Origin: Balanoglossus misakiensis
Lineage: Eukaryota; Animalia; Hemichordata
DNA: 64,000 nt
Assembly (NCBI GenBank): GCA_040954595.2
Contig: CM082576.2
Location: 20,569,028 to 20,633,027, forward strand
Direction: 5' to 3'
The notes under the pieces are model-generated. The model saw only the letters and a list, made by a program, of their open reading frames with translations. It made no database searches and was not told the origin of the DNA. Positions 20,954 through 36,236 of the stretch are shown here, piece after piece (the stretch's first letter is position 1; every line of letters begins with the position of its first letter). Made by a program: the position numbers and the translations under genes.

Positions 20954-23900
20954 TACAACAGATTATCAACTCAGTGCGAAATCTTGCGAGACCCGGTTAG
21001 CCATGTGAGATCTCGCAGAGTCTTATGATATTCAGAAAATGGTTGATTAGAAATGACGTTTAATGTCCTCCAAAGAATTTTCTACATGCCCGTATACTTG
21101 TCTCAGAATTATGAAGTGAATCATCTCAAGTAATTTGTTATTTTAAATGACACTGTATCACAAATACTTCACTAAAAACCTCATTTTCTTTAATCAGATG
21201 AAATAAGTGAGGAGCCTGCACGCACATCCCGTCTTCTGTGCCCTGCTGGACAATCGTGTTCAGATCCAATGTAAGATCCGCTTGACTGTGGCAATGGTGA
21301 ATATGCTATGGAAGGCGACGGCACATGCACGCCTTGTCCAGCAGGATCCAAGTGTCCAACCATGTCACCCGTAGTTGATTGTTCAACAGTTACTGGTAAG
21401 TTGGGCTGCAAATTACTCTTATGACTTCCCTGTGTTATAGCATGACATACACAGAAAATTAAACTGTTATGCTCATTGGAGTTGATATTGTGATGCACTT
21501 TGAAAAACACAATGATTCCACTGAAGAGGTATTGTACAGTAACACCTGTGATTACGGACATCTCTCTAATAAGGGATCGTTGGACCAAACCAATCGTTCT
21601 TTGAATTTTTTCTGTGATAGGTTCATACTCGCTAGGTTCGGCCAAGTCCTTCTGGTTATGAATGCACAACTACAAATGTCACACAGTGCGCTACAGGGAA
21701 GTAAAGTGTTGAAGGAGGTAAGTCTTGAAATCTCTTTTCTTCTGGTCTCGATTTGAACATGGTTCCACAAGTTGTTTACATCACTTGTAGTTTTACATAT
21801 TTTTTTAGTTCAACAGCTATGCTATACATGGTGTCCTGAGAAGTCGACCAGTATGAGAAGTCGGTATCGGCCAGTACGAGAAGTCGGCCTGTGGGAGAGA
21901 ACCCTGGTACTTTGTGTTATATATAACTGTTTCACTACGAAATGTTTCCTTGATGTACAGGAGCTGAGATATTTGTACAAATAGCCGATGAATTTTAAAA
22001 CTGTCTGTTCACTTTTCATGTACATCACCGGGGTACGTCAACATCAGTCACCTGCACTTCTTGAGCTGCGCCAGTAGTCTGTTCCTTGTCACGTTTGTTT
22101 GTTTGTTTGTTTGTTTGTTTGGTGTTGTCTCAGAAAGTATGAATATACACATACATCTTCTATGTATTTTAGTAGGCTTTGAAACAACTCCCTTTAATCA
22201 GAAATGTCACAGGAATTTGGCGAACAACCTAAGCTCCTTACGCGGATACGGGGCTGGGGAACTGGTACGGATGCCAGACGCCATTATTTGAAATGACGCC
22301 ATTGTGTTGTCAAGAATTTGGGAAATCCGTCCAAATGAAAATATTTAGTGCAATTATATTTTATTAAGTGTTGTTATAAGTAATCTGGGTCATCACTGCA
22401 CTATTCGGGTACAAGTTCAACAACTGGCTGACTCTTCGTACTGGCCGACTTCTCATACGCGCGTAGTGGCCGACTTCTAATCTGGCCGACTTCTCATGTA
22501 TTCCTATACATTAGTGAAAATTGGGGAAACTGGTGTTTTCAGACAACTTATGAAGTCCCTTTCGCAATATTAACTCTAAAACAGCGGGTGATATTCCTTT
22601 TAAAATTTAACCAAATAAGCATACTTGAACTCTGTCATATCGGCAAAACACTCACTACACAAGCTGCTGTTATTCTACAGACATGACATGTGCTGATTGC
22701 GGCGTAGGTAACTACTGTCCAGATGGGTCAGACAGCCCCATTCCTTGTCCATCAAGTTATTATGCTGACACAGCCACAGAAGTATCCTGTACCCCTTGCG
22801 ATCCAGGCTGTCAGTGTGCAGCAACATCACCCACTTGCCTGCACATCAAGAACCTACTCTCTGGGACCATCAACAACATGTACTCCCCTTCTACCAGGTT
22901 TGTAGTCGTCTTAGTCGTAAAAACATATTTAAGGTGTTGGGCACCTCGAAATAAAGGGTCGTCTGATCATGTTAAAATTAATACTGATGATACTATGACT
23001 TCTAAACATTTAATCTATGGAATAAAAATTGGGGGTCAACCATCTAGAGTTTTGAAAAAGCGCCCTTTATCTAGCACCTCTTTCAGATTTTGCCAGGCTC
23101 GTAGATTTTTGTAAAATGGCCTCAAAAATAAGAATTTTGGAAGGTTTGTCATATTTTTTCACCATTGTAGAATCTAAATGTTCTGAATTATTTTATTTTT
23201 AGCAATTTTGAGATTGCTTCATGTTCAGTATGATAATCGCATGTCAATACAACTGTTACATTAAAGGAAAAGTTCAAATCCGCCTAAAACCACATTGCAT
23301 TGGTACCTAGTTAAGTTGTCCTCACTTCTGACGCAAAATTTTGATGTGCAATGCACGTGTCTGTGAAATTGACGAATAAAAAAATTGTATACCAGTGCAA
23401 AATTAAAAACTCCCTGTGCAGCCTTCTTGGCAACTGCATGCTGGGAAAAGTACTCGGATGATGACGAAAAAGTTTCGGGGTTCCGGGTAGTGCTACCCCG
23501 GAATACAATGTTGGGTGCAGACTCCAACTATGGAAAAGAGATGCAGAATGTCATGTGATATAGTAGTGAAAACAAATACACGTTGGTTCACGTATTTCAG
23601 CTCTCAGCAATCAGGGTGCATTAAAAGGCCTTGATTGGTGTGATATTCACAATTGATGATTATAAATACTTACAGTTGTATACTGTTTTATTTTGTAAAT
23701 ATTGTGTACATTTGCAGCAATGAATCCGTGCGAACACAAACCTTAACCCATGCCGGAATGCTGGTACTTGCCAAGCAATCCAGGGATCTTGTACAGGCAT
23801 CACATGTCTATGTGCTGGCTGCTACCTGGGCTTCACATGTGAAACACGTGAGTACAGTACTTTGTCATTTATTAAAAAATCTAAGTGCTGAGGTACATTG

Positions 23901-24295
23901 TAGTAATAATAGCAGGTGTAGTCATTATCATCATCATCATCATCTTTAAGTCAGTCATATGATCGGTAATAAAAACAGTAAAACACCAGTATAAAAACAT
24001 AACAGAGAAATAATGAACGTGTACTGGTGTTACCATAGGTAACTGTTGTATAAAATTTTGAATTCCTGTCTTCCAGTTCCTAATCCATGCTTCACTAGTC
24101 CTTGTCTCAATGGAGGTACCTGCCAACAACAGGCAAATTCTTGTACTGCCACCATTGGCATGTGCACAGAGTGTTACTAGGGAAACAGGTGTGAGACAAG
24201 TAAGTTTGAATCTATAGCAGTTAATAATGATAATTATCATTTTTTTTTATTATGATTTAAACTTCACTGATGTTGTACAAACACAAAAATAGAAA

Positions 24296-24760
24296 TAATA
24301 ATAATAATAATAATAATTTATTTGTATAGCGTCAGTATCCACAAAAAATGTGATCAATGACGCTTAAAGCAAAAGTACAATACAACACAACAAATGGCTA
24401 AAAAACAGATTTAAAAAGTAAAGTTTTAACATTTGATTTAAAAACAGATAAGTCTGGTGCCTGGCGAATGGTGAGTGGAAGATTATTCCAAAGAATTGGA
24501 GCAGCAACAGTAAAAGCACGATCACCATAACTCTTGGTGCGTGATCGAACAGGGCAGAGTTTGAACTGATCAGCTGACCTCAAATTGCGACACGGAACAT
24601 ATAGATTAGTCATGCTAGAAAGATAGATTGGACCAAGTTTATGAATGGATTTAAAAATGAGAACTAACATCTTAAAAACAATACGCTCTGTAACAGGTAG
24701 CCAGTGCAACTGATACAAAATTGGAGTGATGTGACAGGTGATTTTTGAACGAGTAACAAT
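24296..24760 (-). mobile_element. 5'-truncated LINE (unit 2 copy)
   Basis: Same sequence and junctions as 4037-4495. Confidence 0.92.
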
Positions 24761-27700
24761 TAGAAAGGGACAGCAGCTTAGCTCTATTCCTTTTCCAAAG
24801 TGTTTGTTCTTTTAAACTACCTGTTTTTTATTTATTCTGATTATGCTAATATGCTAATTTGTCGGTTTGTCACATCACAATTTTTGTAGGAAACTCACCC
24901 CTGGGAATTTTTTTCAGCCACTGACATACATTCATAATCACATGACATTGATGATCATGGAAAATTTGACCCTTTTCCTTGTAGGACTCAAACAGTATCC
25001 ACCAAATCCGTGCCAGAATGGTGGCTTCTGTCAACCGGCTCGAAATTCCTGCTTTGATCTCACCTGCATATGTACTGGTTGCTACAAAGGTGATAGGTGT
25101 GAGATATGTAAGTATACAGCGCAGTCTCTTTTACCTTTTGTCTCTGATGCATTCAAATACTGCATGTTTCCTGAGCATAGGTGTAGCCATCACCACAGCA
25201 GAGCTTGGAGCGTTCTTGACATCGAATGCAAGATTACACTCTTCCCAATCAAAATCACTTTCGTAGCGCATAATGTCTTGATTGTCTTAGTTCAAGAAAC
25301 ATTATGCGCGACTGGCCAATTTTACAGCCTTTTGTCAACGCACATCCACTATGGAAATTCTCACTCCAGGCCAGATAGTGTAAATTTACATATGAGTCTA
25401 CAGGTATGCTTGAAGTCAAGTCAAGCATTTGCAAGGAACCCTCCTCCAGTACACAGGTCTTTGATTTCATGAAGGGAAGCCCTTGCCTCACAGTCACTGC
25501 CACATGATCTATGGAGGTGTGAACAACTTGATACCAGCCTAATATAAGTTGTAGGCACAATCACTCCACACACCCTTGCCATAATTCTGCAAGGTTTTTG
25601 CCATATCTGTACTGTAGAATGAGTAGCAAGGAATAAAATGGCGTCCTTTCTTAATTTCCAGTGCAAAACCCCTGTGATCCCAACCCATGTATGAATGGTG
25701 GATTTTGCCAGCAAACATCGTGCAATTTCTATTCATGCCAGTGTGTGAACTCTTACACAGGTGACAACTGTCAAACCATAGACCCTAGAGAAAGAAGGAC
25801 GAGCAACTGCGGCAAAGATCAAAGGGTTTGGGGATTATCTGTATGATGATGTTCTTTTGCATATAATTAACACCCAGGACAGTTGGACAATGACTTCCTT
25901 ACTTCGGCACGTGTCGACCCCACCAGTGATGCGAAAACTTGCCACCAAACTGACACTCCTGCATTTCAGCAGCCACTGCGTTTTTTTCTAAAATTCTAAA
26001 AGTATTACGATGTCTGTGCTAATTATTATGGTCGTCTGTCGGATGAACGGTCATTTCTAGTGCCACAAGCTTCATTTAAAAATTGTAAACAAATCATCCA
26101 TGCCAAATTCCTGTTTAACTTGTGCAGATGTGTTCCATAAATGATTGCTGCGTTCAACCACGTTGCAGTTTTCTCGTCTTCTGCGAGATGTTCTAAGGTG
26201 TTTGTGATAACTTCACGCAGAACGCGAGACTTTGCATTAGTTTATACACAGTTTATTTGCAAATTGGATTATTGGGATTTACCTGGAAATAATGTATGCA
26301 AAAGAACATCATTTCAAGAAAAAACTGGAGCTGCGCGTCCTTCTTGCATGTCCGACTGGGCACTCATATTTCTTGGTAACGCTGACACTTTTCGTAATAA
26401 TTTTATGTTTTCGTGAAGTATTGAAACAAAAATTGTGGTTTAGGGGCATTTTATTTCGCAGTGCGTGAACAATAAAACAGATTTCACGAAAACAATTTAT
26501 AAACAAACTGGCTGGATTTTCATGTGTGCGCTATTGCCGCCAGGCAACCCTCGGTACGGTTAGCTCACAGCCTTGTGAAATACCCGGACTGTTAGACAAA
26601 AGATGCTTGTTTTGGACGCTGTCAGACTCAGAGGTGCCAAATTCCTGTTTAACTTGTGCAGATGTGTTCCATAAATGATTGCTGCGTTCAACCACGTTGT
26701 AGTTTTCTCGTCTTCTGCGAGATGTTCTAAGGTGTTTGTGATAACTTCACGCAAAACGCGAGACTTTGCGTTAGTTTATACACAGTTTATTTGCAAATTG
26801 GATTATTGGGATTTACCTGGAAATAATGTATGCAAAAGAACATCATTTCAAGAAAAAACTGGAGTTGCGCGTCCTTCTTTCTCTAGGGTCCATGGTCAAA
26901 CAAGTGAGTATATACTTTCAAGACACCCTGCAAACAAACAAGCAATCTTTATTCCGTAGATCTTTAAGCATATTTATGCATTGTATATTTTGATGTGAAA
27001 CTTCAAATTTTATTGGTCTTGTTGCCAAACTTCTGAAGAAATGAGGATATTGTTTTGAAGGGTATTTTATCAGTAGATAACAAATACCATGGCCCTCCAT
27101 GCAAATACCCACATGGTAAATTAAAACTGTTACAGGTGTATTTGATTTAAGCAATAAAACACCCCCAGCCATGGTATACCACGAGATTTTGACCAGTTCA
27201 CGACATATACGCACGAGCGATAGCGAGTGCGTATATGGAGTTGAACTGGTCAAAATCGAGTGGTATACCATGGCTGGGGGTGTTTTATTGCTATTATATT
27301 ATGCCAGTATATTGAAACTTTGCATAAAACATTTTAAAAAGGCATTTTCTTTGACTATGATATATGACTGTGGTATATGGCTAATATATCCTGGTCACGT
27401 GTCGTGTCTCGACCAATCAAATAGCGTGATTTACACCTTCAATATACTGATATAATATAATTCCACATATGGATTACATGTGGGATAATATTGGGTGCTG
27501 GCAGTTTCAGTAAATGAACTGCTCTTAAAAGTTGGGTGTCAGGGCACCCTTGACTTCTTATTGTTCAGTTATACATTTAGGAGGCTCAGTTATAGGAGAA
27601 CCCGATAGAACCACAGCTGTAGGAATTAGGGAAATGGTCATACCCTAAAAAACTTATGTCACTACTATTTTTTTTTCATGCCATTGAAACAGAACAAACT

Positions 27701-29416
27701 CCATGTAGGCCAAGTCCATGCCTGAATAATGGGCGGTGTACTCAGCTGTCTTGTACAACTTATGAGTGTACTTGTCCAGGATGTTTCACCGGCACACACT
27801 GCAGCCAGTGTAAAACTCATTAAAACAAACATTTGTCATGCAGGAACTAACATTTACAATCATGTCTCAATACATTGTCTATTGGTCATACTTTATATTT
27901 TCATCTTCAGCATCACACCTTGGTCCTTGGGAATCGGTCACCTCAAAAATGATGTACAGCTGAAAGAAAACATGTTTATTTGAAGAAAAAACTGTTGATC
28001 GTTCATGAAAATTTTCCCTACACAAGATACATATACAGAGATTTTCATAGCCCCATAAGTGCGTCCCAGAATGAGCAAGTTGTTTTTGGAAGTGAAGTTC
28101 CGTTCAGTATTTACAGTAATGGTAATGATGATGTTTTCATCAAACAGATTTTGAAAGTAAATATTGCTGAGATAACATTAGGTTGCACTTTTTATTGCAG
28201 TCCAAGATCCAGGCCAGCGAAACAGCTGTCTCAACGGGGCTGTATGTAATGCAGTGGCCAAGTCCTGCACGGCATATACCTGTGCCTGTACTGGTTGCTA
28301 TGAGGGTAACCGTTGTGAAATATGTAAGTTTCTGACGTACCGTAAATGACAATCTTTTGGGCACTTTCTCTTCATGGCAATTGAATTGTGTGGTAACTTC
28401 TCATTTCTAAAATTTCCCCAAGAGAAAAGAAAGGAAAAGGAAACAGAAATTTCATTTGTATGTCCGTGCAATTTAGGATAGGCACGAACTTGTGAGGAAG
28501 TGTACGAAGTTGGATGTTTTCATCACTCAAATATACAAGAGTTGCCTCTTGAAGACTAGTGTCTGTAGAGATAATTGTGCATGTGAGGTAATCTCTCCTA
28601 AGGTGGTGCACACCTCTGAGTATTAAGTAAAAGAGACGTCCTTAATTATCCTTACTATTTGGCTTGAAAAATCAATCTTACTAGGTGTTCTGATTAGAGA
28701 GGTGTCCATAAAGACAGGTTTTACTGTATTACCCAAAATAGAGACATTGTCCCTTCATCATATACTTAATGCGTGTTCTGGGTATGGTTCCAGTATAATG
28801 CTTGTGTCAAAGGATTTTGTTGTGGTGCAGGAATCATCTTTGGTTGAGGTGTAGCCATCTGCATTTCATGTGTTTTAAACTATTTTTTTTTTCTGATTGT
28901 CATTAACCCATGTGATCAGAATCCGTGTCAAAATGGAGGCTATTGTTCCAAAACACCAAATTCTTATACTGACTACACCTGTTACTGCCAGTAGTGTTGG
29001 ACTGGGGCCATCTGTGCCGTAGGTGTGTCGAATTACTGTTTTATGTCAAAGCGTGGTATATAAACCCTCATTTTTGGTATTCTCAATGTGATAGATGGAC
29101 CCATACACCAATAAATGGGGTGGAAGCATTACTAAGTTTCATCCTTTCAAAATTTGCTGATGTAGGGTCAAAATTGAGTGTGAGGTGCATGTTAAAAAGG
29201 AAAGCCTTCTGTATCATGTTGATGGCACATTTTTTTAATTTTTCAAGATTCTTACAGAAAAATCCTAGCAATAGCATCATTATGTTATTTTAAATGTAAA
29301 GGTTTGAAACAAGGAATAAAGACATTGCTCACATATTTAAACGAAATGAACATCACAAGTACATGTACAAGTTTTTGACAAGCAGGTAATTGATACTTTC
29401 ATTTTTGTTTTGGCAG

Positions 29417-29536
29417 CCATTGATCAGTTATACCCTATGCCTTGTCAAAATGGTGGCACATGCGTTGCGTGAGACGGCTGTTTCCTGTTTGACTGTATGT
29501 GTACCGAATGCTTCACTGGTGCCACATGTACAATGC
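29417..29536 (+). pseudogene. EGF-like exon E9 (in-frame TGA; 5' part deleted in copy 1)
   Basis: tggcag|..|gtaag; IDQLYPMPCQNGGTCVA*DGCFLFDCMCTECFTGATCTM. Confidence 0.8.
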
Positions 29537-32500
29537 GTAAGTACTAACCAATATTATTTTATTCAATGCAAAACACTTGTTATATATTATATAATATAAG
29601 TACGGTACACATATTAAAGCCCTGGTAACTCAAACTTTGGGCTAGCTTAATGTTATCACTATTTTTGTTTTCGGTTGCAACTGTGGTTTCTTGTCACACT
29701 CTAAAGGATTTCACAGCATTTGGTTTTTCAAAACAGCCCTTTGGTTGTTGTCATGTATACATGTACATGACTGTGGAGTGTAGTTTGTAGATTCTGTAAT
29801 TTTGACAATATCTTGACTGCACATCCCACAGCTGTCAACCAGTGTCAACCCATCCAGTGTCGGAATGGTGGAAACTGTGTGCTGACGCCCAATTGGTGTA
29901 CTGAATTCACATGCTCCTGTACAAGCTGTTACTCCGGCGATTTATGTCAGACATGTGAGTGATTTTAAATTTCAGATGAAGAGGAACATAATAACATAAC
30001 ACATAATCGGCTTGCAGTTGGTTTCTTCCAACCTGTATCAAACAGTGAATAACGACACAATTTTGGGGAAATTTATTAAGAATGTGTGTGCCATAAAAGG
30101 GGATTGTGTATTTGACCAAATAACAACCTGCACCGTATGGTACACTAAGACACTATTACACCTGTGTCAAAATTTCATTACGTTTCTTTTGTTGAACATG
30201 GAAGAAATTTGTCACAGTGATGTTCTGTTGACCAACTGAGATTTTTACCACTCAACCCTGACTGCACAAATCTGTTTAAAGTATATGTAGTAAATATTAA
30301 CTGTACACAATTTATATCACTTTCTCTTCTGTGCACAGATTTGAATCCGTGTCAGCCCAACCCTTGTCTAAACAGTGGATTCTGCCAGCAAGTGTCCTGC
30401 ACCGAGTTCAGATGCCAGAGTCCACGCTGTTTCATCGGAACCACGTGCGCTGAACGTAAGCAAACCAGTGTCAGATTTCCCGCACAAAGTAGAAATCGCT
30501 GGGCTTTGTCATTGATATTGTCTGAATAAAGTTGCCTGTGATTGTGCAGCTAACCAAGAGACTTATATGCACTACGGTAGCCATGATGAATACTTTCATT
30601 GACTCAAATGCTCATCAGTGTAGATGTTGCTATTTTTCCAACCGTAAATTGAAACATCAGAAAGTTATGACATCAACTACCCCCACCCCCACCCCACCCA
30701 CCCCCAACTAGTAAATATTATAAGATTCTGTAATTATGATAAAGATGGTAGCACCAAGCTTGGATCAAGTGGTCTTCATTATCCTTCACACATGAACATG
30801 ATCACACGGATGTGCAATCTTCTGACAGTCTGCTACAGATTTCACTTCCCACTCAAGTGTGTAAGACCCTAATGTGATACTTTTTCATTTCTCTCACCCT
30901 TAGCGATCAACCAGTGTCTTCTAAACCCATGTCTGAATAACGGAGTGTATCAGCCACTTCAAGGCTCCTGCTCAATCTACACCAGCAACTGTCCAACCTG
31001 CTACACTGGGCAAACATGTGTTACATGTAAGTCACAAGTTTTTAGGTCCCATTGGTATGTACCATGGGAACTTATGGGATTGGTTACGTCTGTATGTATG
31101 GATGGATGGATGGATGTATGTCTGTATGTCCGTCCACATGAAAAACTTGAAAACCGCAGCGCGTATGACCTCGATATTTGGCGTGTAGATGCAGGCAGGG
31201 CTGTAGATGGGAGTTTGTTCAAATGAAGATGTCATTGCCAAAAATATGCAAATTAGCTGGGAAAATGTGAAATTGGTCAAAACTCAAAAACTGGACAACC
31301 ACTGGTCATATTGATTTGAAAAATGGTATGCATGTACCTTATATCAACCTCATACAACCCTGTATGTTTTGAGCTAATATTATCGATTTCCTATTTTTTT
31401 TGCATTTTTTTTTATTTTTCCATGTTATTGGTAAAAGTCTTTGAAATTTAGTATGAAGCCTCCTAATGTTGTCTAAGTAACCATAGTTTTGTTCAAATTG
31501 TTGCAAAATTTGCATATCTATAATTTTGAGCATTATTTGCCATTTTTGGTCAAAACATGTTTTTCTTTAAAACCTCATGCCAGATTGCTTTGCAATTTGG
31601 TAGGCATGTTCGTAGGGGTAACCTAAATAATATGTTGTAAAAAATGTGATATTTGCATAAATGTGTTATCGGGGAAACTTTTGCAATTTTTGTCAAAAAT
31701 TGTTTTCACTGAAACCGCTTATCCTATTGCATTGAACTTAGGCAGCATGTTCCTTGTAGTGATTGAAGTAGGATATTGTACAATTTTGGTGATATTTGCA
31801 TATTTGTGTTTTTGCCACTTTTGAACAAATATTTTCTGTGAAACTGCTTGTTGGATTGCTTTGAAATTAGTTTTTTCTCTGATTGCTTTGAAATTTAGGA
31901 TATAATTTCATAACACATACCTGTATATGTGCAACTTTTATTCAATTCTGAGATCAGAAAGATTAAATATTTAGCGAGTTTTTTTGGTAAGTTTCTTTGT
32001 TTTTGGTTAGCAAATCTTCTCCTAAACAAATTGTCCAGTTGTTTTTAAAGTTACTATTTACAAGGAGTTGTTACCTCGAACAAAGACATGTTTACATAAC
32101 TTAAATAGGCCAGCTGTTACAGAGACCACCAGCTATCACATTTTAATTACCAGTGGCAGGTCAGTGTGTGTCTGTTCCAGGGCTGACTGAAAGAAGTTGC
32201 TTCGCATATGTGTTTGTGTACAGACAATTTTTGGTCAATTTTTTTTTCTAGCACCACTTGTAAGACTGCCATGACACTTGACAGTTTATTGGGCATGTTC
32301 CTTGTTAATGTTTTTACATTGCATATTTCTATATGGTCAGATCATAAGTGCTTGCAAATGTCACCTGTAATTTTTATTCTGCTGTGTCACTGTTTCCGCA
32401 TAATCCTCAAATGTCATCAGATCTCCGAATGTGATGAAAACAGTGTGTTTTGAGTGGGTTTTTTTAATGACCTTTTGGGTTAAAAGTGGCAAAAATGGCA

Positions 32501-32580
32501 ATTTTGTCTTCAAAGGGGTCAATAAGACTGACTTTTTTGGAATCAGCACCATTTTTTACATTGAATGGACTAGTCTGCTC

Positions 32581-33045
32581 GCTGGCTGCTGATGAGCTCT
32601 CTTTTGTTTATTTGGTTTCTAGCGTTGATGGCGCTGTTTTCTGACCGCATTCACAGATGCCGTATCTGCACCATTATTTTGGGTTTTCTCCTCAATCCCA
32701 CTAGCCTGAACCTCTGATACCTCAAATGAACAGGCTGTACTCAGAAGATTCTCTAGTGTCGTCTCCTCCCGAAGAGCACGACGTCTGAGACGGGCTGATG
32801 TGAATCCTCGTATGATTTGTGATTTGACCTCTTGATCCGGCTAGCTGATTCTCCGTGTTCTCTGTCCTCGTCGCAAAATATAGAATCGTGGGTGGGCAAT
32901 AATGACAACACGAGACACCAAGTCCGGCATGTAAGAGTGAGAGTGCCTAGCCTCGTTCACGCACTTTATTCATAATGACCCGAATGTTTACGTCATTTTA
33001 CAGAATGTATAAAGTATAGATGCTCACCAGTGTTTGGACACTACA
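32581..33045 (-). mobile_element. Gypsy remnant (unit 2; LTR 32879-33045, cut by deletion)
   Basis: Matches 53607-54071. Confidence 0.8.
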
Positions 33046-33246
33046 ATATACATGTGACTGCAGTGTCTTTCCAATCATGAATTTGCAAGGTGTCCTTCGG
33101 AGAAAATCTTCTGATTCTCTTTCCTGATTTGCTTTGCATATATGACTTAATGATCTCATTTGTTGGAATTCCCTGTCCCAAATTTTTGATGATCAGTCTC
33201 TGCCCCATTGCTCATCGTCCCAACTTTCTTGTGTATTGAAAACCAG

Positions 33247-33370
33247 GAATCAACCAATGCGATCCCAATCCGTGCTTGAACAGTGGTTTCTGCCAGATGA
33301 CATCTGGATCATGTGAACTGTACACATGTTTCTGTCAGAATTGTTTTCACTGGTGACCTTTGTGAACAAA
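33247..33370 (+). pseudogene. EGF-like exon E14 (+1 frameshift; also 54273-54396)
   Basis: 124 bp; INQCDPNPCLNSGFCQMTSGSCELYTCFCQNCF, frameshift, TGDLCEQ; ag/gtaag boundaries. Confidence 0.8.
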
Positions 33371-34116
33371 GTAAGTTTTGATTTATTGTCTTGGGATAAT
33401 AATTTATACAGTTTAAAGTATCACCATTTCTTTCAATATGTAGATTTTTTGTTTTTCTCTACAAGTGTAATCAAGATCTGCATGAAAATTTGTGTCGCTG
33501 TCACCGAACCCAGCTAGTCCATACAACCAACAGTATGAATCACCACCTCATGCTGGGCGTAGCCATAGGCTATACATGCCTGCCGGTATCGAAGGCCATT
33601 ATGAGTATTGGTACCAGACCCCTTTTGAGAATGAATCATGGTTCCACCCTTATGGTAAAAAGTAAGATTACTCCATGCTAATAAATAACAATATTAGAAT
33701 GAAAGTACATTCCAAGTGACTTGTTGGGAGTATCGGGCCACTTAATCCCGAAAAATTGCAATCAGCCTGATTTTCAGTTAACCAATCTAAAGCCCAACTT
33801 TTCGTGTATTTAGTTGGGTTTCTAAAACTAACAAATTTTTTGACAATATTTATGGCATGATGAACACTACTCTCATTAAATAAAATAATGTTGTGTCGTC
33901 CACAACAGGTGTAATTTTTATGTGTTTGGAATCGTAGACACCATTTATCTTTTAGTCAACTCTAAATCTAATATAACAGTCGCGAAAATTGCTATGACAA
34001 ACAAAAAATGAAGTGCTGACAGGGGACACCCTTGTCAGATCCCTTTGGATGGAGAACATTTAGAGAAGACATTGCCATTTTTCAAACATCTAGTATGTGA
34101 TTATTCATAGTTTTAA

Positions 34117-34408
34117 CCCTAACGCTGCCAAGTCAGTTTGATATCCAGGGTGCCTAGAATCCTGGCTCCCAGGCCTGTTAGGCTGCCAAGGGCGTGTTAT
34201 GCAGTAGGGCCTATACAAGACCCTCAAACCAAACCAGAGCAAACCAGTACGATTTAGTACATTTAAGGGGGGTTTAGACTGCCAAGTGTGTCTAACATAT
34301 GAGAGCCATGGCAAGACAGTCAAAATACGTTTAGGAAGAAAAAATGGCAAATACATACTTTAAGGGACTTGACACTCTAAACAGGTATGACACCTAGTAG
34401 CATTAGGG
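34117..34408. mobile_element. piggyBac-like MITE; copy 55143-55427
   Basis: TTAA|CCCTAACGCTGC..GTAGCATTAGGG|TTAA. Confidence 0.75.
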
Positions 34409-34412
34409 TTAA

Positions 34413-36236
34413 AATATAGCTGCAAGCCAAAATGGTCATCTGAGGTCACCCGAAATTTGGGCAAAATTTTTTGACCCCATACTGGTCCAGGTCCATCAGA
34501 AACCAAACCTTCAGCCCTATTGGTTCGCCTGGAATTAGGTATGCACATAATTAATGAGTTAAGCAGTTGTACAGGTGACCTCAAAATTCGGCTTTTCATT
34601 TTAGTCCCATCCCTCGAAATGCTAAGGCTGTACCTGCTCTGGAGGCCGAGATATGAGAAAGTAGATCACCTGAGGTCACCCAAAATATTATGGAAAAAAT
34701 TGGACCCCACACTTGTCCATGTCCAACAGAAACAAAACCTCTAGCCCTATTGGTAAGCCTAGAATTAGGTATGCACATAATTAATTAGGTCAAAGGTCAA
34801 GGAGTAACAAGTACATGTGTATGCTTCATCCCACCAAATATGAAGTCTGTCGGTCTAATAGTTACGTACTTATGAGCATTTATGTTATATATAGTTCAAA
34901 GGTCACCGAGGTCACGTGACATTGCGGCGAAATGATTTGGTCCAATAGTTGTACCTGTCCACCAAAAATGAGCTCCCTAGGTGTATTAGTTAGCGTAGAA
35001 GTAGATATGTGTTTTTCAAGGTGGGTCAAAGGTCAAGGGGTCACCCGAAATTTGGCTTCTCATTTCGGCCCCTTGGTCAGTCCCTGTTCACTCCATAAAT
35101 GGAGACGTGTTCTGCGCAACCGCAGTACGTGTAACCTCGTGAACTCAGATGTGCACATGCGTACAGCAGTCCCTGTTCACACCATAAATGGAGACGTGTT
35201 CTGCGCAACCACAGCTGGACCTGTGAAAGATTAAATCCGATCGACATATTTAGTTTCCGTATATTATATTGACCAATGCAGACTAAGTCTAATAGAATTA
35301 CTACATGTAGTATATCGTGTATAATACACACGTTTGGCAATATTGCACTTTGAGTGTTAGATGCAGACGTGTATACCCGATCTAAATTTCCGACCTACAC
35401 ATGTACATGTATCACTGTTCACATGTACATACACCGTAACTGCGTTCTGAAAATAACATGGTATTTTCAAAATGTTACCCCAGATTACCCCATCATGTGA
35501 GAGCCATGAAACTCACACCCATTGTCCAGCAGTAGTTAGTTGACTATCCTATTCACTCAAAACAAAAAGAACGGGTGTGAAAAAGTCACTAAAACAGCAT
35601 TGATACAGAGGTGTATAACACTGTCCATGATTTCAAGAGAAAAACATGAACACAGCCCAGTCACTGTATGTGGCGATATCTTTCTAAGTATTTCACTCAA
35701 CTTGTACAGACGATGCCATGCTGTCTTCTGGAATGTGCTGGTAACGTCACACATCAAAACATATTGATGATGCCCTTCCCTGCGGCTCGGGCATCATCAA
35801 TATTATTAAGGTCAAAGATCACCATCCCTTGTGCAGGCAAAAGATCATGATATAGCCCTCGCTAACATGTGTTATTATTTAAATACGATGTTGTCATAGC
35901 TTTACTATGCGGGTATAGTAAAGCCTATGCCTTGGTCCAGACCCCCCATGGTCAATGAAAAAATATGAAATATAATGATCAAAAATCTTCTTCTCAAAAT
36001 CGGCATACCCTAATTTGAAAATTTCGCCCTTATATGGTCATCAGGTCACTTGACTAATTTAACATTCACGGACGTACTGCACCAGATCTCATTGGCCTGC
36101 ATCATTGTGCCATATTTGAGAATTGTAGGTTTAGCCGTTTTCAAGATCCTAGTGGCCGATGAAAGTGCCAAAGAAGAAGAAAAATGCCAGCAATACCAAT
36201 AGGGGCCCCGCCCATAGGGGCTTGGGCCCCTAATAA
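34413..36236 (-). mobile_element. HINE-like element, reverse orientation, with ~1.5 monomers of the 238-bp repeat and nested sequence; copy 55432-57254
   Basis: Minus strand begins ttattaggggccc..ggcccctattg with (CTT)n and ends cttgcagctatatt. Confidence 0.65.

Larger units (their letters stand above)
20296..33370 (+). pseudogene. Cys-rich repeat + EGF-like repeat protein pseudogene fragment, copy 2
   Basis: Exons A1 20296-20426, A2 20681-20814, A3 21198-21395, A4 22681-22897, E1 23718-23847, E2 24077-24199, E3 24985-25107, on to E9 29417-29536 and E14 33247-33370. Lacks A0, E5 and E13; same stops as copy 1. Confidence 0.85.
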
